Below are positions 24,768 through 36,700 of a stretch of 64,000 nucleotides of DNA, piece by piece (position 1 is the stretch's first letter; every line of letters starts with the position of its first letter). The stretch covers positions 1,488,001 through 1,552,000 of the forward strand of contig JAYWIR010000016.1 in NCBI GenBank assembly GCA_036172245.1, given 5' to 3'. The stretch comes from Raillietiella orientalis. Taxonomy: Eukaryota. The notes under the pieces are model-generated. The model was not told where the DNA came from. It saw nothing but the letters and a program-made list of their open reading frames with translations, and did no database searches. The position numbers and the translations under genes are program-made.

Positions 24768-27700
24768 GTACGGGAAGGCGCAGGTGGGGGTAGGGGGGCG
24801 TTTCCGCCGTCTTTTTCGCGCCCTCATCTCCAGACGAATCCCTCTCTCCCCCTTCCGGGGTGAAACTGACCCCGCTGACCTCATCCACCGCCGGTCGGGG
24901 GGGGGGGGGGAGACCACCTTGGGATTCCTTCCGACTCCCTGCCACTGTGAGGGAGGACTGCAAGACGGTCGCCCGGGTGACCCTTCCCCTCCGAGCCCTC
25001 CCAGGTGTCTGGGAAAGCGGGCAGGAGGGGAGTGTCCCGGACCTCGGAGGAAGGGAGTGAATCGCGCGCTTTCGGTTCGTCACGTGGCCGCAGCTTTCAT
25101 GTCCGGCGGGATCACGCGAGCGGATGCCGCGCTTCCCGACTGAACCAGCCGGAGGTCGAATCGGCACCGGCGAGAGACCTGGTGGAGGTCGCCAGCGGGA
25201 GATCCTGCTCGCCCTCTGGCAGTCGGAAGCGAGAGGCATCCCCACTGCCTCGCAGAGGGCTGCGTCGTCTCTGGGGCGATCCTCCCTCTGGCAGCAGATG
25301 GAGCCGGAACGGGTGGGCGGATCCGCGCTCGGCAAGCCCCGGAACTTCCAGCTGAAAAGGGAAGGTGCTACCGGCTCAGGGAAAAGCCGTAGGTGGTTTC
25401 GAGGTTGGGGATCTGCAGTGATTTGGACGCGCAGGTGGGTCGCGGAAGGCAGGGCGGAAGGCGGAGCCACACCACCTGGTGGCTGCCGACCACAACACCC
25501 CTCCCACGTCTCACTCGGTGAGAGAAAGGGTGGGGGCAGGGAGGCAGCCGACAAACGAAGCGATCCAGAGATGACCTCTGCCTGTCCTCAAACTTCGAAA
25601 GGGTCAGCAGTCCTTCCTGCTACATTGCTGAAAAACGGATCCACGAGCGCCACTGGTGGGCCACTTTTGGTGGGTGGACTCGGCGCTGCGGGAGAAGCGC
25701 CCGGAGCAATCCTCCCTGGCGAATCGAGCGGAAAGCGCCGGTTGCCGTGGGTGGCGGGAGGGCAGCCGCTCGGAAGTGCCGCAGGCAGTTCTCCCGCTGA
25801 GCACTTCCTGCCCGCCGGGGGCGTTCGAGCGTCCTCCCTTCCCGAAACGCTGTCATTCCTGGAAAAGCAAGTCAGCGTAGGCTGCCGTCCCCCGGGTGCA
25901 ACGAGCTCCCATCTTCCTCCTTCCCCCCGCATATGTTACGCCCCAAGAGTGAGAGCAGGGAAAACCGAAGGTCCCCAGCATCCGGAGGGTGTCGGATCAA
26001 GATCTCAGGGTGCACCGAGTGTGCGTGCGCGGGCCGGTGTCTCAAGGTGTCCTCGCTGCGGCTCGCCCACTTCTTCCTCTTGATGAGACTCCGCGATCTC
26101 CATCCAATTCCCGTCTACTCCTCTCTTCCTAGTCCTCGACTTTCCTCCACGCGGGACCCCTATGTGGGAGAGGAAGCGACCGGCGTTATTCCCACGGAAT
26201 CACCCTCGTCCGAGATTCGTCTTTGAAGGCACTACCTGCAACCGGTGTGGCGAGTGTGGGGCGTACATCTCGCTCCGCCGCTCAGGCCGTGACCTGAGCT
26301 GCATCCGAGCGGATGCCCGTCGCGAAGACCTCCCCACACCCGAAGGACGGGTCTCCCGCTGAAGGGAAGCAGGATCTCCAGAGTGTACAGTCCTCCTTTG
26401 TCTGGAAGATCCTCGGCGTCTCCGAGGGCACCGGCTCCTCCTCTCCAGTGCCTGCCGGCCTGGTGCTTTCCGGGAGCCCAGAGGCACCAAACTCTCAGTC
26501 GGGCCGTTATTCGAAGACTAGGTCGCAGCTCCCGATGCTCTTCCGCAGGGAGTGCGAGCCGGAATCCTGCAGAGGAGGGTCCCAAGGAGGAGGGAAGCCT
26601 TCTGTGCATTTCCAGGGGTGCCGAACCACTGCGTTCTCGCTACGCATGGTCTCTTTCATGGTGCTGCCATCTCTCAACGATCTGCCGAACCGCCGCGTTC
26701 GCTTCCTGCGCCCGCTGTTGCTCTCCACTGCTCTCTCGCTGCATCTTGCCCAATGTTTCCTTGGCAACTTCGGACCCTCTCTTCTGCAGCGTTCAATCCG
26801 AAACGGTCCTTCGCGAAGAGAATTCCCAGGAGGCTCCCCTCGTTGCAAAGAGTCTCTGGGCAGGGAAACGGTCCGCAGCGGCTGGTTGCCGGTCTCACGA
26901 GGCGGGGTCACCTCGCATGCAGGGAGCGGTCCTCGTGTTCTCCGTTTCGACTGCAATCCACGCCCTCTAGACTCGGTCCTGACCCAGGCGGGCTCTCCAG
27001 GAACCTTCTCTCCCCTCACTCTTCCTATTTTTCTTTTTTTTTTGGCACCAGAAATCCCGGCCGGCTGCGCATAGAACGGGAGCGAAGTTTCTCCTCGGTA
27101 TGGAAAGTCTCGATCCCAGAACACGCCGTGCATGGACTGCAGGCCCCTGGAATGCCTCCAGAGCCTCAAGGGATCCTCCTGCTCTTCGCACCTCGTTTCC
27201 GCTCTATTCCGCCCGCTTCCGCGGGAGAAAAGCTGACCGGCAAGCTGAACACCAACAACTTTCTCCCCACATCCGAGGAGGCTGCAAAGAAATCTTCTGC
27301 AAAGAAAGTGAGGATCTGGTTGCCCTTCTCTCGCCACCGTCTTTCTTCTCGATGTCTTCCCTGATAGAGGAGCGAAACTCCCGAGGTCTGCTGCGGTTAA
27401 GCCTTTCTAACAGAGGATTCTTCTTCTTGTCCATGCTCATTGTTTTCAAAGCACTCGAAGAAAGGCAACAGTGGGGAGTGTATGTGTGGGGGGGAGTTAC
27501 CTTCTCTGAGATCCACCCGGCCTCTTCATCTCCTCTTCCTGCCGACCCCGCTCCTCCAGGATCCAGGCGACCCTGGAGATCTGCTGCTTCCAGGGTAGCC
27601 AGGTTCCGGGTACTGGCCCAGCTTACGCTTCGAGTGTACGTCTTGGGGCACCGCACGCTTGGGCACACATCGTTCCTCCCTTGGTGAGCCTCTCCCGTCT

Positions 27701-30700
27701 CCTAACAGCCTTGAACTTTCCACGTTGCCACTTTCCTGATCCCACGTGTCGAAGGATTCCGCACAAAGCAGAGTGCACATCGATGCAGGTGGTCTTCCAG
27801 CGACGAGAAGGACAGCCGACGCTCACCCCCCTCCTCTCCCTCGTCTTCTCTTGAGCCCACGCTGGTGTTCTCTTCGCTCTTCGATCTCCGTAAAAGCATC
27901 GCATCTCTTTCTAGAGTGGGCTGGTTCTTGAGGTCGTCATCGGTTCTCCGATGTCTCTTCCCGCTGAGGTGTTTTCCGCTGAGCCCTAGATGCTTCCGCA
28001 AGAGTGTCTCCTTCTACCTTGTTGCCAGGGATACAGTCCAGCTGGGGATGGGAGCGCTGGCTTTGCCCTTTAAAAGAACATCTGATCCCGTGAATGTCCT
28101 GGGACTGGGGAAGCATCCTGCTTGACGCCATCCTTTCCCTTGTGCTCTTCAGACGATAAGACGTGCCCTTCAGGCTGCCGGCGGCCGTTTTGTCACCCGA
28201 GAATTTTCTTCGTCAGGAAACCTCGGAAGGTCTCGTTGTCGCTGCTTTATTGGCTTTCGGGGTCACCGAGCCTGCAAAGTTGGCTCTTAGGTTGCCGCTT
28301 CTGGCGCTGTTCCTTCGTCCATCACACCTGAAATTCTTCCCGGACTTCGTGCTGCACTCGGCAGCCTCGAATCTGCGTTCTGGCTTGTCCCTATCTTCGG
28401 TCTCTGCTCTCACAGGATGCAGATTTCCAGCCAACACGTATCCGCGCCGAGGTGGCATCGTGCCTCGGACGGACTTTCTTTGTCCCCCTCGAAGGAAGAG
28501 GGAGGGATGGTGGAGCATTGGCACTCTGCCTCCAATGGCAGACCAAAGAGGCCACGGACCAAAAGAGTGGCGTCCACCTCGGTCCGCAGACAAAGGACGG
28601 CCTTCCCAGAATCCGCGCTGCTTGCTCGAGAGCGCACGCGGCAGGAACCGACCGCCCGAGCTCTCCTCCCGCGACGGTAGGGACGGTCTGATCGACTTCC
28701 TCAGCCCCGCCCTTCCTGCCCTTCTTGTTCCGAGATCGGTCGCGCCGCCATTCGAGCCGCAGCGATCTTTCATGGCGGCCGCGTTTTCCGGTGCGCAAGT
28801 CTCAGTGTTTGTCGTCACGCACCGTTGTTGCCACGGCTCTTCCGTTCTCTCGGAAACTCCGATCTCCTCATCCCTTCGGTGGCGATGCGAGTATCCTTCA
28901 AGGAAGAGAGAGATGGGCCTCATCATGAGAGAGAGAGAAAGTGATGACGCTGCCTGTATCCATGAGACAAGTTGCCCGGAGGCAATTTTGCGCACACTCC
29001 ACAAGGAGCAGTCACTTGAGGAAATGAGACCCGAGGAGGATGTGGTGTGGCAAGTTACCGAAGCATGGAGAGAGAAAAGGGCTCGTACCAGCAGCCCGCC
29101 GGGAAGGCCTCCAGGTGCAAGAAAGGGTGCTGTCCGCCCGCTGCTGTCCTCTACTGGGATGTTCCTCCAGTCTTTTCGCAGTGGTTCCCAGTTCTTAGGA
29201 AAAAAAACACACATACAATAAAAAAGAGGTGCCCATATGCAAAAAACCGTGAAGAATTTTCCCTGTCTGGACCCTTCTGCGGTTCCAGGAGACTGCTCCT
29301 CGGAGATTTCTTGGTACGAGCCGTGACGTGGTGAAGGTCCCCGGGCAGAAAAAACGGCCGTTCAATGATCGGATGCGAGAGGCAATGGCTTTTCTAGAAC
29401 CACTTCTCTTCCCCCTCGCTGCAAGGAATCTCGGGATACTGCCTGTGGCCTCCCTCGGCTTCTCTCCGAATCGTTCCGGGTCCGCCCGCTCCGCCGGTGC
29501 TCACAGGTCGATGGACAGAGTGGGCGCATGCGTTGAAGAGCGAGGGATTCCCCGGGGTGCGCTTAGCTACTCCTAGGATGAAGTGGTCAAGGAACCGCCG
29601 TTTTCTCTTTGTTCCGTGTCCTGGGGCTCTGCTTGCCCCCTCAGGATAAGCGGTCCTGCTTTCTTCGACGGGATGTGTCGAACCAAGATGGCGGCTTTCC
29701 TTCCGCCCTATTCAAGGCAGTAGCCATCGAAACGCCCAAGTGGTTACCCTGCATGGAGTTCACTCAGCTGTGGAGGGGGGCGCTGGAGATGGCAGTGCCC
29801 GGGATAGCAAGGTAAGCGCTCCTGGTGCCCCAACGCGGCCTTGGAGAGCAGGGCACGGCTGTAGGGTTGCATGGGCGCCCGGTAGCGAGCCGCTTTGTTT
29901 CGCCGCTTCCCGAATCTTCCTCCGTGGAATTGCCGCGTCGTATCCTCAACAGGCTTCCGTGGGTGAGTCCATTCTTGCGGACGGGGTCGCCTCGCGGGAA
30001 GTGGCTAGGGTGATCCGAGAAGGATTGCTGACAGGAGGGCGGCGCAGTGATGCGGACGAGCCAGCGGTGGGCGTCAGGGTTTTCGAGGATTTCTGCTTTT
30101 GGCGAATGCAAGGGCGCGGGATCCGGGTCCAAGAGGCGATGCTCCAGTGGGGTTCGAACAGCCGCGCCCAGACCCTTCCTTCTTGGTCAGGCCCCGTAGG
30201 ACGGGGCCTGCCCGGCAGGACCGAGTGGTCTCGTTCGACGTGGTCTTTGGGAGAGAGCGGGAGAGGAAGGAGGGAGCACGGACAAGTGAGGCAGGCTGCG
30301 ACCTAATAGACCCCGGACCCAGGAACTGCTGCTTCCTTCTGGGGTTCCCCGCTACGACTCTCAGGAACCGCCCACCTCTTCGGAGCGTTCCTCGACGATG
30401 CCATCATCGCGTACAGGGGGGCGATACGGTCAGCGTCGCGCCGAGGGTACATGCCACCAAGTGATCCGAGTCGAGGGTTGTTTGGATGACGAATGGACGC
30501 AGTCCGTTCCTCTCCTTCCTCTCCCTGGGTGTCTCCGAAGAGAGCCTCTTCCTCGTTCTCTCCGGAGGGATCTACCGGAGGAGGTCGCTGCTCGTTTCCT
30601 CCTCCGAGGGGATCTCTCCCTGAGAGAACGAGGAGCTTTTGACGCTCCGGAGAGGCAACCCCCGGAAGGGGTGTCGCTCAGCTACATGGGAACGCTGCGA

Positions 30701-33700
30701 GGTAACTCCCTTCTCCTGAGAGGAGGGGAGGGGTGGATCGGCTCGACTTGCACGACTGGAAGGGGGGAGGGGAACCACGAAGGTAACAGTGATTCCTGGA
30801 AGGATCCCCCCTGTGGGTCGACTTGTGATCCCGGACAGGAAACGGCGGCATCAAGTCGAGTCGCTCACCGCAAGGCATCCTGGTCGCCACGCCCAGCGCT
30901 GGAAGGCATCGAGCCCCGGATCACCCCCCCCTCTGATGCTTTCGGCTCGCAGTCGGACTCATTTGCGAGGCGCGACTCGACCAGCGCCGCCTGCCGAGGG
31001 TCGCCATCCGCCAGGAGCGACCCCAATCGCCTATGCAGGAGCTGCGAACGTGGTGGGGGATCTCTGGGTCATCGCCTCTCAGAAAATGAGCCAACAGCCA
31101 TAGCGGTCGCGAAGAGACAAAACGATGTTGCCAATCCTGAGCCACTGGGGGATCGGCAACCTCCACGCAGGCAACGCCGGGACAGAGAGGAAGCTCCTCG
31201 GAGTGCTCCGAGGGAACCGTCCTGGACATCCCTCGACCGCGCTGGGGGAGACAGGGCAGGAGAGGGGGAGCGAAAGCGTCATGAGGAAGACCCCCTCTGG
31301 AAAAGGAGTGACTGCAACAACAGGAGCCATCCCAGCAGGGCATCTCGGGATCCGGGAAAATGTCGAGGAAATCGGGAACTTCCATGAAGCAAACGAATGC
31401 TCATCAGGAAAGAGATGGACTGGCTGAGGCCTTGAAGAAGCAGCTCCAGGGACACCGGTGCGGCGCACTTGTGCCTCGGAAACCGGATACCCCCGTTTCC
31501 TGTCCGGGATCACAAGTCGACCCACAGGGGGGATCCTTCCAGGAATCACTGTTACCTTCGTGGTTCCCCTCCCCCCTTCCAGTCGTGCAAGTCGAGCCGA
31601 TCCACCCCTCCCCTCCTCTCAGGAGAAGGGAGTTACCTCGCAGCGTTCCCATGTAGCTGAGCGACACCCCTTCCGGGGGTTGCCTCTCCGGAGCGTCAAA
31701 AGCTCCTCGTTCCCTCAGGGAGAGATCCCCTCGGAGGAGGAAACGAGCAGCGACCTCCTCCGGTAGATCCCTCCGGAGAGAACGAGGAAGAGGCTCTCTT
31801 CGGAGACACCCAGGGAGAGGAAGGAGAGGAACGGACTGCGTCCATTCGTCATCCAAACAACCCTCGACTCGGATCACTTGGTGGCATGTACCCTCGGCGC
31901 GACGCTGACCGTATCGCCCCCCTGTACGCGATGATGGCATCGTCGAGGAACGCTCCGAAGAGGTGGGCGGTTCCTGAGAGTCGTAGCGGGGAACCCCAGA
32001 AGGAAGCAGCAGTTCCTGGGTCCGGGGTCTATTAGGTCGCAGCCTGCCTCACTTGTCCGTGCTCCCTCCTTCCTCTCCCGCTCTCTCCCAAAGACCACGT
32101 CGAACGAGACCACTCGGTCCTGCCGGGCAGGCCCCGTCCTACCGAAGCTAGAGAAGGAGGAACATTCCAACTTTGAAGAAACGAGCGCCCAAGGGGCCGC
32201 CTGGGGCCGCAGGAGCGGAGAAATCCGGAGACTTCCTCTGCGCCGAATTGCTCAGACTGGAAGGTCCTCTGGCATTCCGGACCATCTGCCGCAACTCACG
32301 CGAGAGCTTCCGTCCGCCGTTTCGGCAGCATCGGGAAGGGTGGCGGATCCCAGCTCTCCCGCCCGCGGTCATCCAAGCTTGGTGCACCACGGCTCCCTAC
32401 TTCGGAACGGTGCCTCGTCAGAGGCGCACCGTCGCGTATTCCCCCGAGGCACCCAATTCAATGATCCAGGTTCCTGACATCATTGTCGGGGCCACGTGGA
32501 TGATGCCGACGTGGACGATGGTAACTCCCTCTGTTTTCTGGCAAGTCGCGTGGGATTCTCCGAAAGAAGGCGACTCTCGGTCGTCCGATCAGGACAGACC
32601 GCCGATGATGCGTGCCCACGAGAGCAAAAGGCATCTTCTCACAGTCCCCTTCTAAACTCATGCTCGAGGACACAGACAGAATGGTCAGCTCCCATCACAC
32701 CCCAAATCAGACGAGGTCGACAAAGAATGTTCAGCCAGGGTTTGCTCCCTTTCGATGCGAAACGGATGCTGGAGAATCGATTCTTGAACGACTCTGGTCC
32801 AACGGCAATTCCTTCATCCGCGTTGCAATCCTCATTTCTTCTGCTGGAGTCCTTGCGATCTGCGAACCTGCGGTGTGGACGCGAAGACTCGAGTCTCCCG
32901 AGACGAAACCCTCAAAGCGCACACAGTTGGCTACTGATGCTAAGGGCCAGTGTGCCGTGTTTCTATGGCAGAGAACTGAAGTTATCCTCTAGAAGGCTTC
33001 GTTGTCTCTGGCTTTGCCCAAAGCACGAGAGTGGTTCTTGCTCGTAGAACGAGGATTTTGAGATCGGTGGAAGGTGTGGCGGTAAGTGCAAAGAGCGGGT
33101 ATCCAGCACTGGGAATGCACCTGGTCGTCCATCTCAGCGGCGTATTAAGCAAGACCAAGGAAAAAAAGGGGACCCATTCGGGCAAGTGAATGGACCAACG
33201 ACCTCGAGGAGTTTCCTTTGAAGAGCGAGCATCTTTCCTCAGTAACAACAGCTGAGGAACTTGCCTCAATGGATGCCAAGCAACTCATCCGTCATTGAGC
33301 AAAGCATCTTTCTTCCTCCTGAAAGGGAAGGGAAGGACTCAGAGTCACGTACGCTGCTTTCGAACATCAAATCTTCCTTGTTTCCCAAAAGACCTTGCAA
33401 TTTTCTGGCCTATTTGGTTCCTCGAATGATCCGAAAGCAGCTCTTGGAATGAACTTTTTCTTTCAACTGTCGATCGTCCCAAACGGCAAGCTAAGGTTAC
33501 CTTCGAAATTATCTGGACCCATTCCCATTGCCGATAGGGTTCCATTACCAAATTTTTTACAAACAAATGGAGAAAATTATCTCGCCACCAACCGAGGTAT
33601 TGCTAAACAAAAGATTGGGAGGGGATGGGGAGGAGAATCACAGAATTTCAGTCTCGAATCTAAAGATAGAATCGAATGGACCGAAGGAAGAATGAGTCTC

Positions 33701-36700
33701 GAAGTTCTTGAAGCATCAGATGAAGAGAACATCAATATTTCGAAGAATACTAGACAAAGAAGATTCGCAGTCAGGATGCTGGAAGATGATTCCACAGCCG
33801 AAAGAGAAGCCGAGTTTTGTGAGCCACGAGGCAGGCAAAGAGGACTCGGTACCAGTCGGTTTCAAAGCGAAGATCTCCCAAGCAACCGTGCTGAAATCAC
33901 CCAATCAAGAGAATGACGGCATGACAACCTTGGACGCTATTATAAACTGCACCCTCCAAGGAACAGAAGATGCACTTCGAAAAATACTGGAACCACGAAT
34001 CGCACCCTCCAAACATGTACTGAATGGCTTAGAAAATCAACAGAGGTGCGAAGACCGAATTCAAAAGAACATCGCATTCTTCTTCATTCGCTGCTTGAAA
34101 ACTTTTTCTGGCCCCGAATGGGCTTCTCTCGACTCGGGTCGACAAGGCAACGCCGAATCATGGAGACGGACAGTCCGTGCTTGCTGCACTTATCAACAAC
34201 AGTAGGCGGGCTTGGATTATAAGAACCAGGAAACGCACACGAAAGAAGCTGGGCGTCCAGGAATCGAGGCATAACGAATTCTTGTCATCTGTCTAGGCAC
34301 CAACCGTTTACCAAGTCCTCGAGCTGAATCGCCAACGAAAAAGATTCTCAGCAATCAGATCTCGAGGCTGACTTTTCGGTCCCCATGGTCACACCGAAAG
34401 CGTCCAACCCTTTGGCAGCACTCATTTGTTTCCACGTGACCAGTTATCGACGTCCATTTGACTTCCCACGAATCCGTAGGGAAGCGCGCCTCCGTCAGCA
34501 CCATCAAGCCCCTCGTTGCCTGCCGGTGAGGTGGTAGCATGACATCACGAAAGGAACTCGAGCTGTTCCCTCTTGGAAGGCGCACGATATCTTGGTGAAG
34601 TTTATTCGGTTTGCGCGAAATACGTGCTCGAAGGTGCGAGTCATCCTCATGCTGACGGTAGAGGAAACAGAAATTTGAGCCGAAATCATGATAGATCTCC
34701 AGGCGGCCCTCCCATTCACATGGTGCTTTTGAGTCAGAGGCCAAACTGCTCTTAGCTAAGAGGAAGGCAAAACTTCAGTGCTGAAAATAAGCTCGAGTTT
34801 AAGAATGAATGAACTGAACTCCACAAGGATGTGGTACGTTGGCAACTGATATCAACATCGTCCTCCGCATCATTTTCTAACGATGCAGGTGATCTTTTTT
34901 TTTTTTTTTTATTGGTGTTTTAGTTATGGCATTTAAGATCTAATCAAGCGATGCTGCCGAACCAAGTTGAAATCCGGATGAAGAGAACCTTCTACCTGCT
35001 AAGACCAAATCCTTTTCCATATCTGGTTGCGATGGACGGCAACCCATCGGTAAACACATCAACGTTATACCCTAACAAGCTAAAGATGCAGGCAGCCCCA
35101 ACTTGTTCTGAGCAGTAAAAGCGTTTGCAACAGTTGATAGGATGAACTTATTGCTCTGGTTTCAATCCGAGCGGTGCATTATGGACCAAGCACCTCGCCG
35201 TTTCTAGTTTTAATAGCTAACAAAAGTGAAGAGAACGGTTTCTTGATCCTTGAGAGCTAAAACATGCTTGGGAATAGTTCAAACATCTGGCAAAACTCTG
35301 GTAGATGTCAAAGATATCGCCACTGTGCTGAAAAGAAGTGAACTTTGGCTTTTCTAAAGCAAGCCAATGCTTATCTTTGAAAATCAATCTTTGGATGAAA
35401 CAACTGTTCAAGTCATTTCTAGCTGGAGCTTCACACCAAAATTGGCAAAGAGAGCTGAGAGAGAGAGAGGGAGAAAAAAAGGAAGCTGTCTTTTTTTTCT
35501 GATTTGTTACCTGTACACTCACTCTTGAAAGCAGAAATGGCACACCACCAGCCAAAGCAACAAAATAAGCACGAAATGAGCTAACAGTTTGTTAAGTTCC
35601 TTTAAGATCATTTATGTATTTTGGGCTCACTCATAAAATCATTCTTGCACTTGATAGAGAGTAAATAGAATATTTCGATCTCGTGTTGGATCGTCTTCCA
35701 CTTCACCTATCCTACTGGCTATTCAGAAAGTAACAATTTAATAGCCGTACATACTTATCCTACTTAATAACCCATTAATAATTAATTATGGGTCATTTCG
35801 AATAATTTGGAGGGCACACCATTTTAACGAATCGCTCAGTCTGTTAAATAAACGGAACAATCATTTCCGCTTTCAAAGCCCTGACTCGCACTTTGCCGTC
35901 TGTCTCGCCACTTCAAGGTAGCAAACTGCTAACGTGCTGCCATCTCCGGTTGCATCCTCTAAGTTCCGCATGAGTGCCCGCCGCAGTAACTTGCTTACTT
36001 GGAAAATTTCACGAGACCCTGTGACATTCTCGGTAGCACAGCGGTCAGTATTTTTCTTGCCATGCGGGAGACCGGGATTCGATCCCCTGCAGACGCGGAG
36101 GACTTTGCTTTCTCATTCCTTCGTTGATGGAAGATTGTTAGCATACTCCACGGTTGCGCCCATCCCCTCGTGGTTGCTGGGTGGATGGCGACGGAGCTCT
36201 TTCTAAGCCTATGATACCAAATCGTTCAGTCTCTCTCACAAAGCAGTCGTCTACAAAAGTGGGTAGACAGGAGAGCTATTGTTCTTTTCTGGGCGTAGAT
36301 ACTTCAGCTCTCGCCGAGCGCATCGTCTCGAGTCTGCGGAAAGTGAGTGCGGTTTCTCATTCTCCCCATCAGCGCGAACAACACATCGCACCAAGGCACT
36401 TCGGTTAATCTCGGTAGAGATTCTGACTGTCTCTGCTTGGCTCCCACTCTGACCACCAAGGAAGAATTGCGCGAACCAGCTCAGCGGAAGTGGCCCCGCT
36501 CCGCAGCAGCAGCCCTCGCCAGTCTCGCTCCTCCTACCAGTGGAAAGCCGGCTCCGTTTCGAGAAACCAGCCGCGCACGAGTAGAAGAGTGAGCCCCAGG
36601 AGCCCTACCTGTAGTGGACCCCGTAAGACGACAACGAAGTAGGGGGACGCGTTCGCTGTCTCGCCAATTCGTCTTCCGCGGAGGGTCCACCACGGGCGCT

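Larger units (their letters stand above)
29250..33250 (-). mobile_element. Degenerate RLE-type non-LTR retrotransposon (ZF, RT, post-RT) interrupted by an inverted copy of its own sequence
   Basis: GPFTCP zinc finger (~33190), PPEGVSLSY, DSWK, KRGYP, GGLPHDAF, LLADGD. Past the 30196-30845 insertion the order resumes with PLHSPKAEIL (cf. L.PWQK) and downstream motifs. Confidence 0.55.

Noticed and set aside
29645..29811. Open cag...gtaag exon-like block on the plus strand
   Set aside because: Phase-incompatible with the flanking MINDY exons and antisense to the retroelement relic; no recognisable protein.
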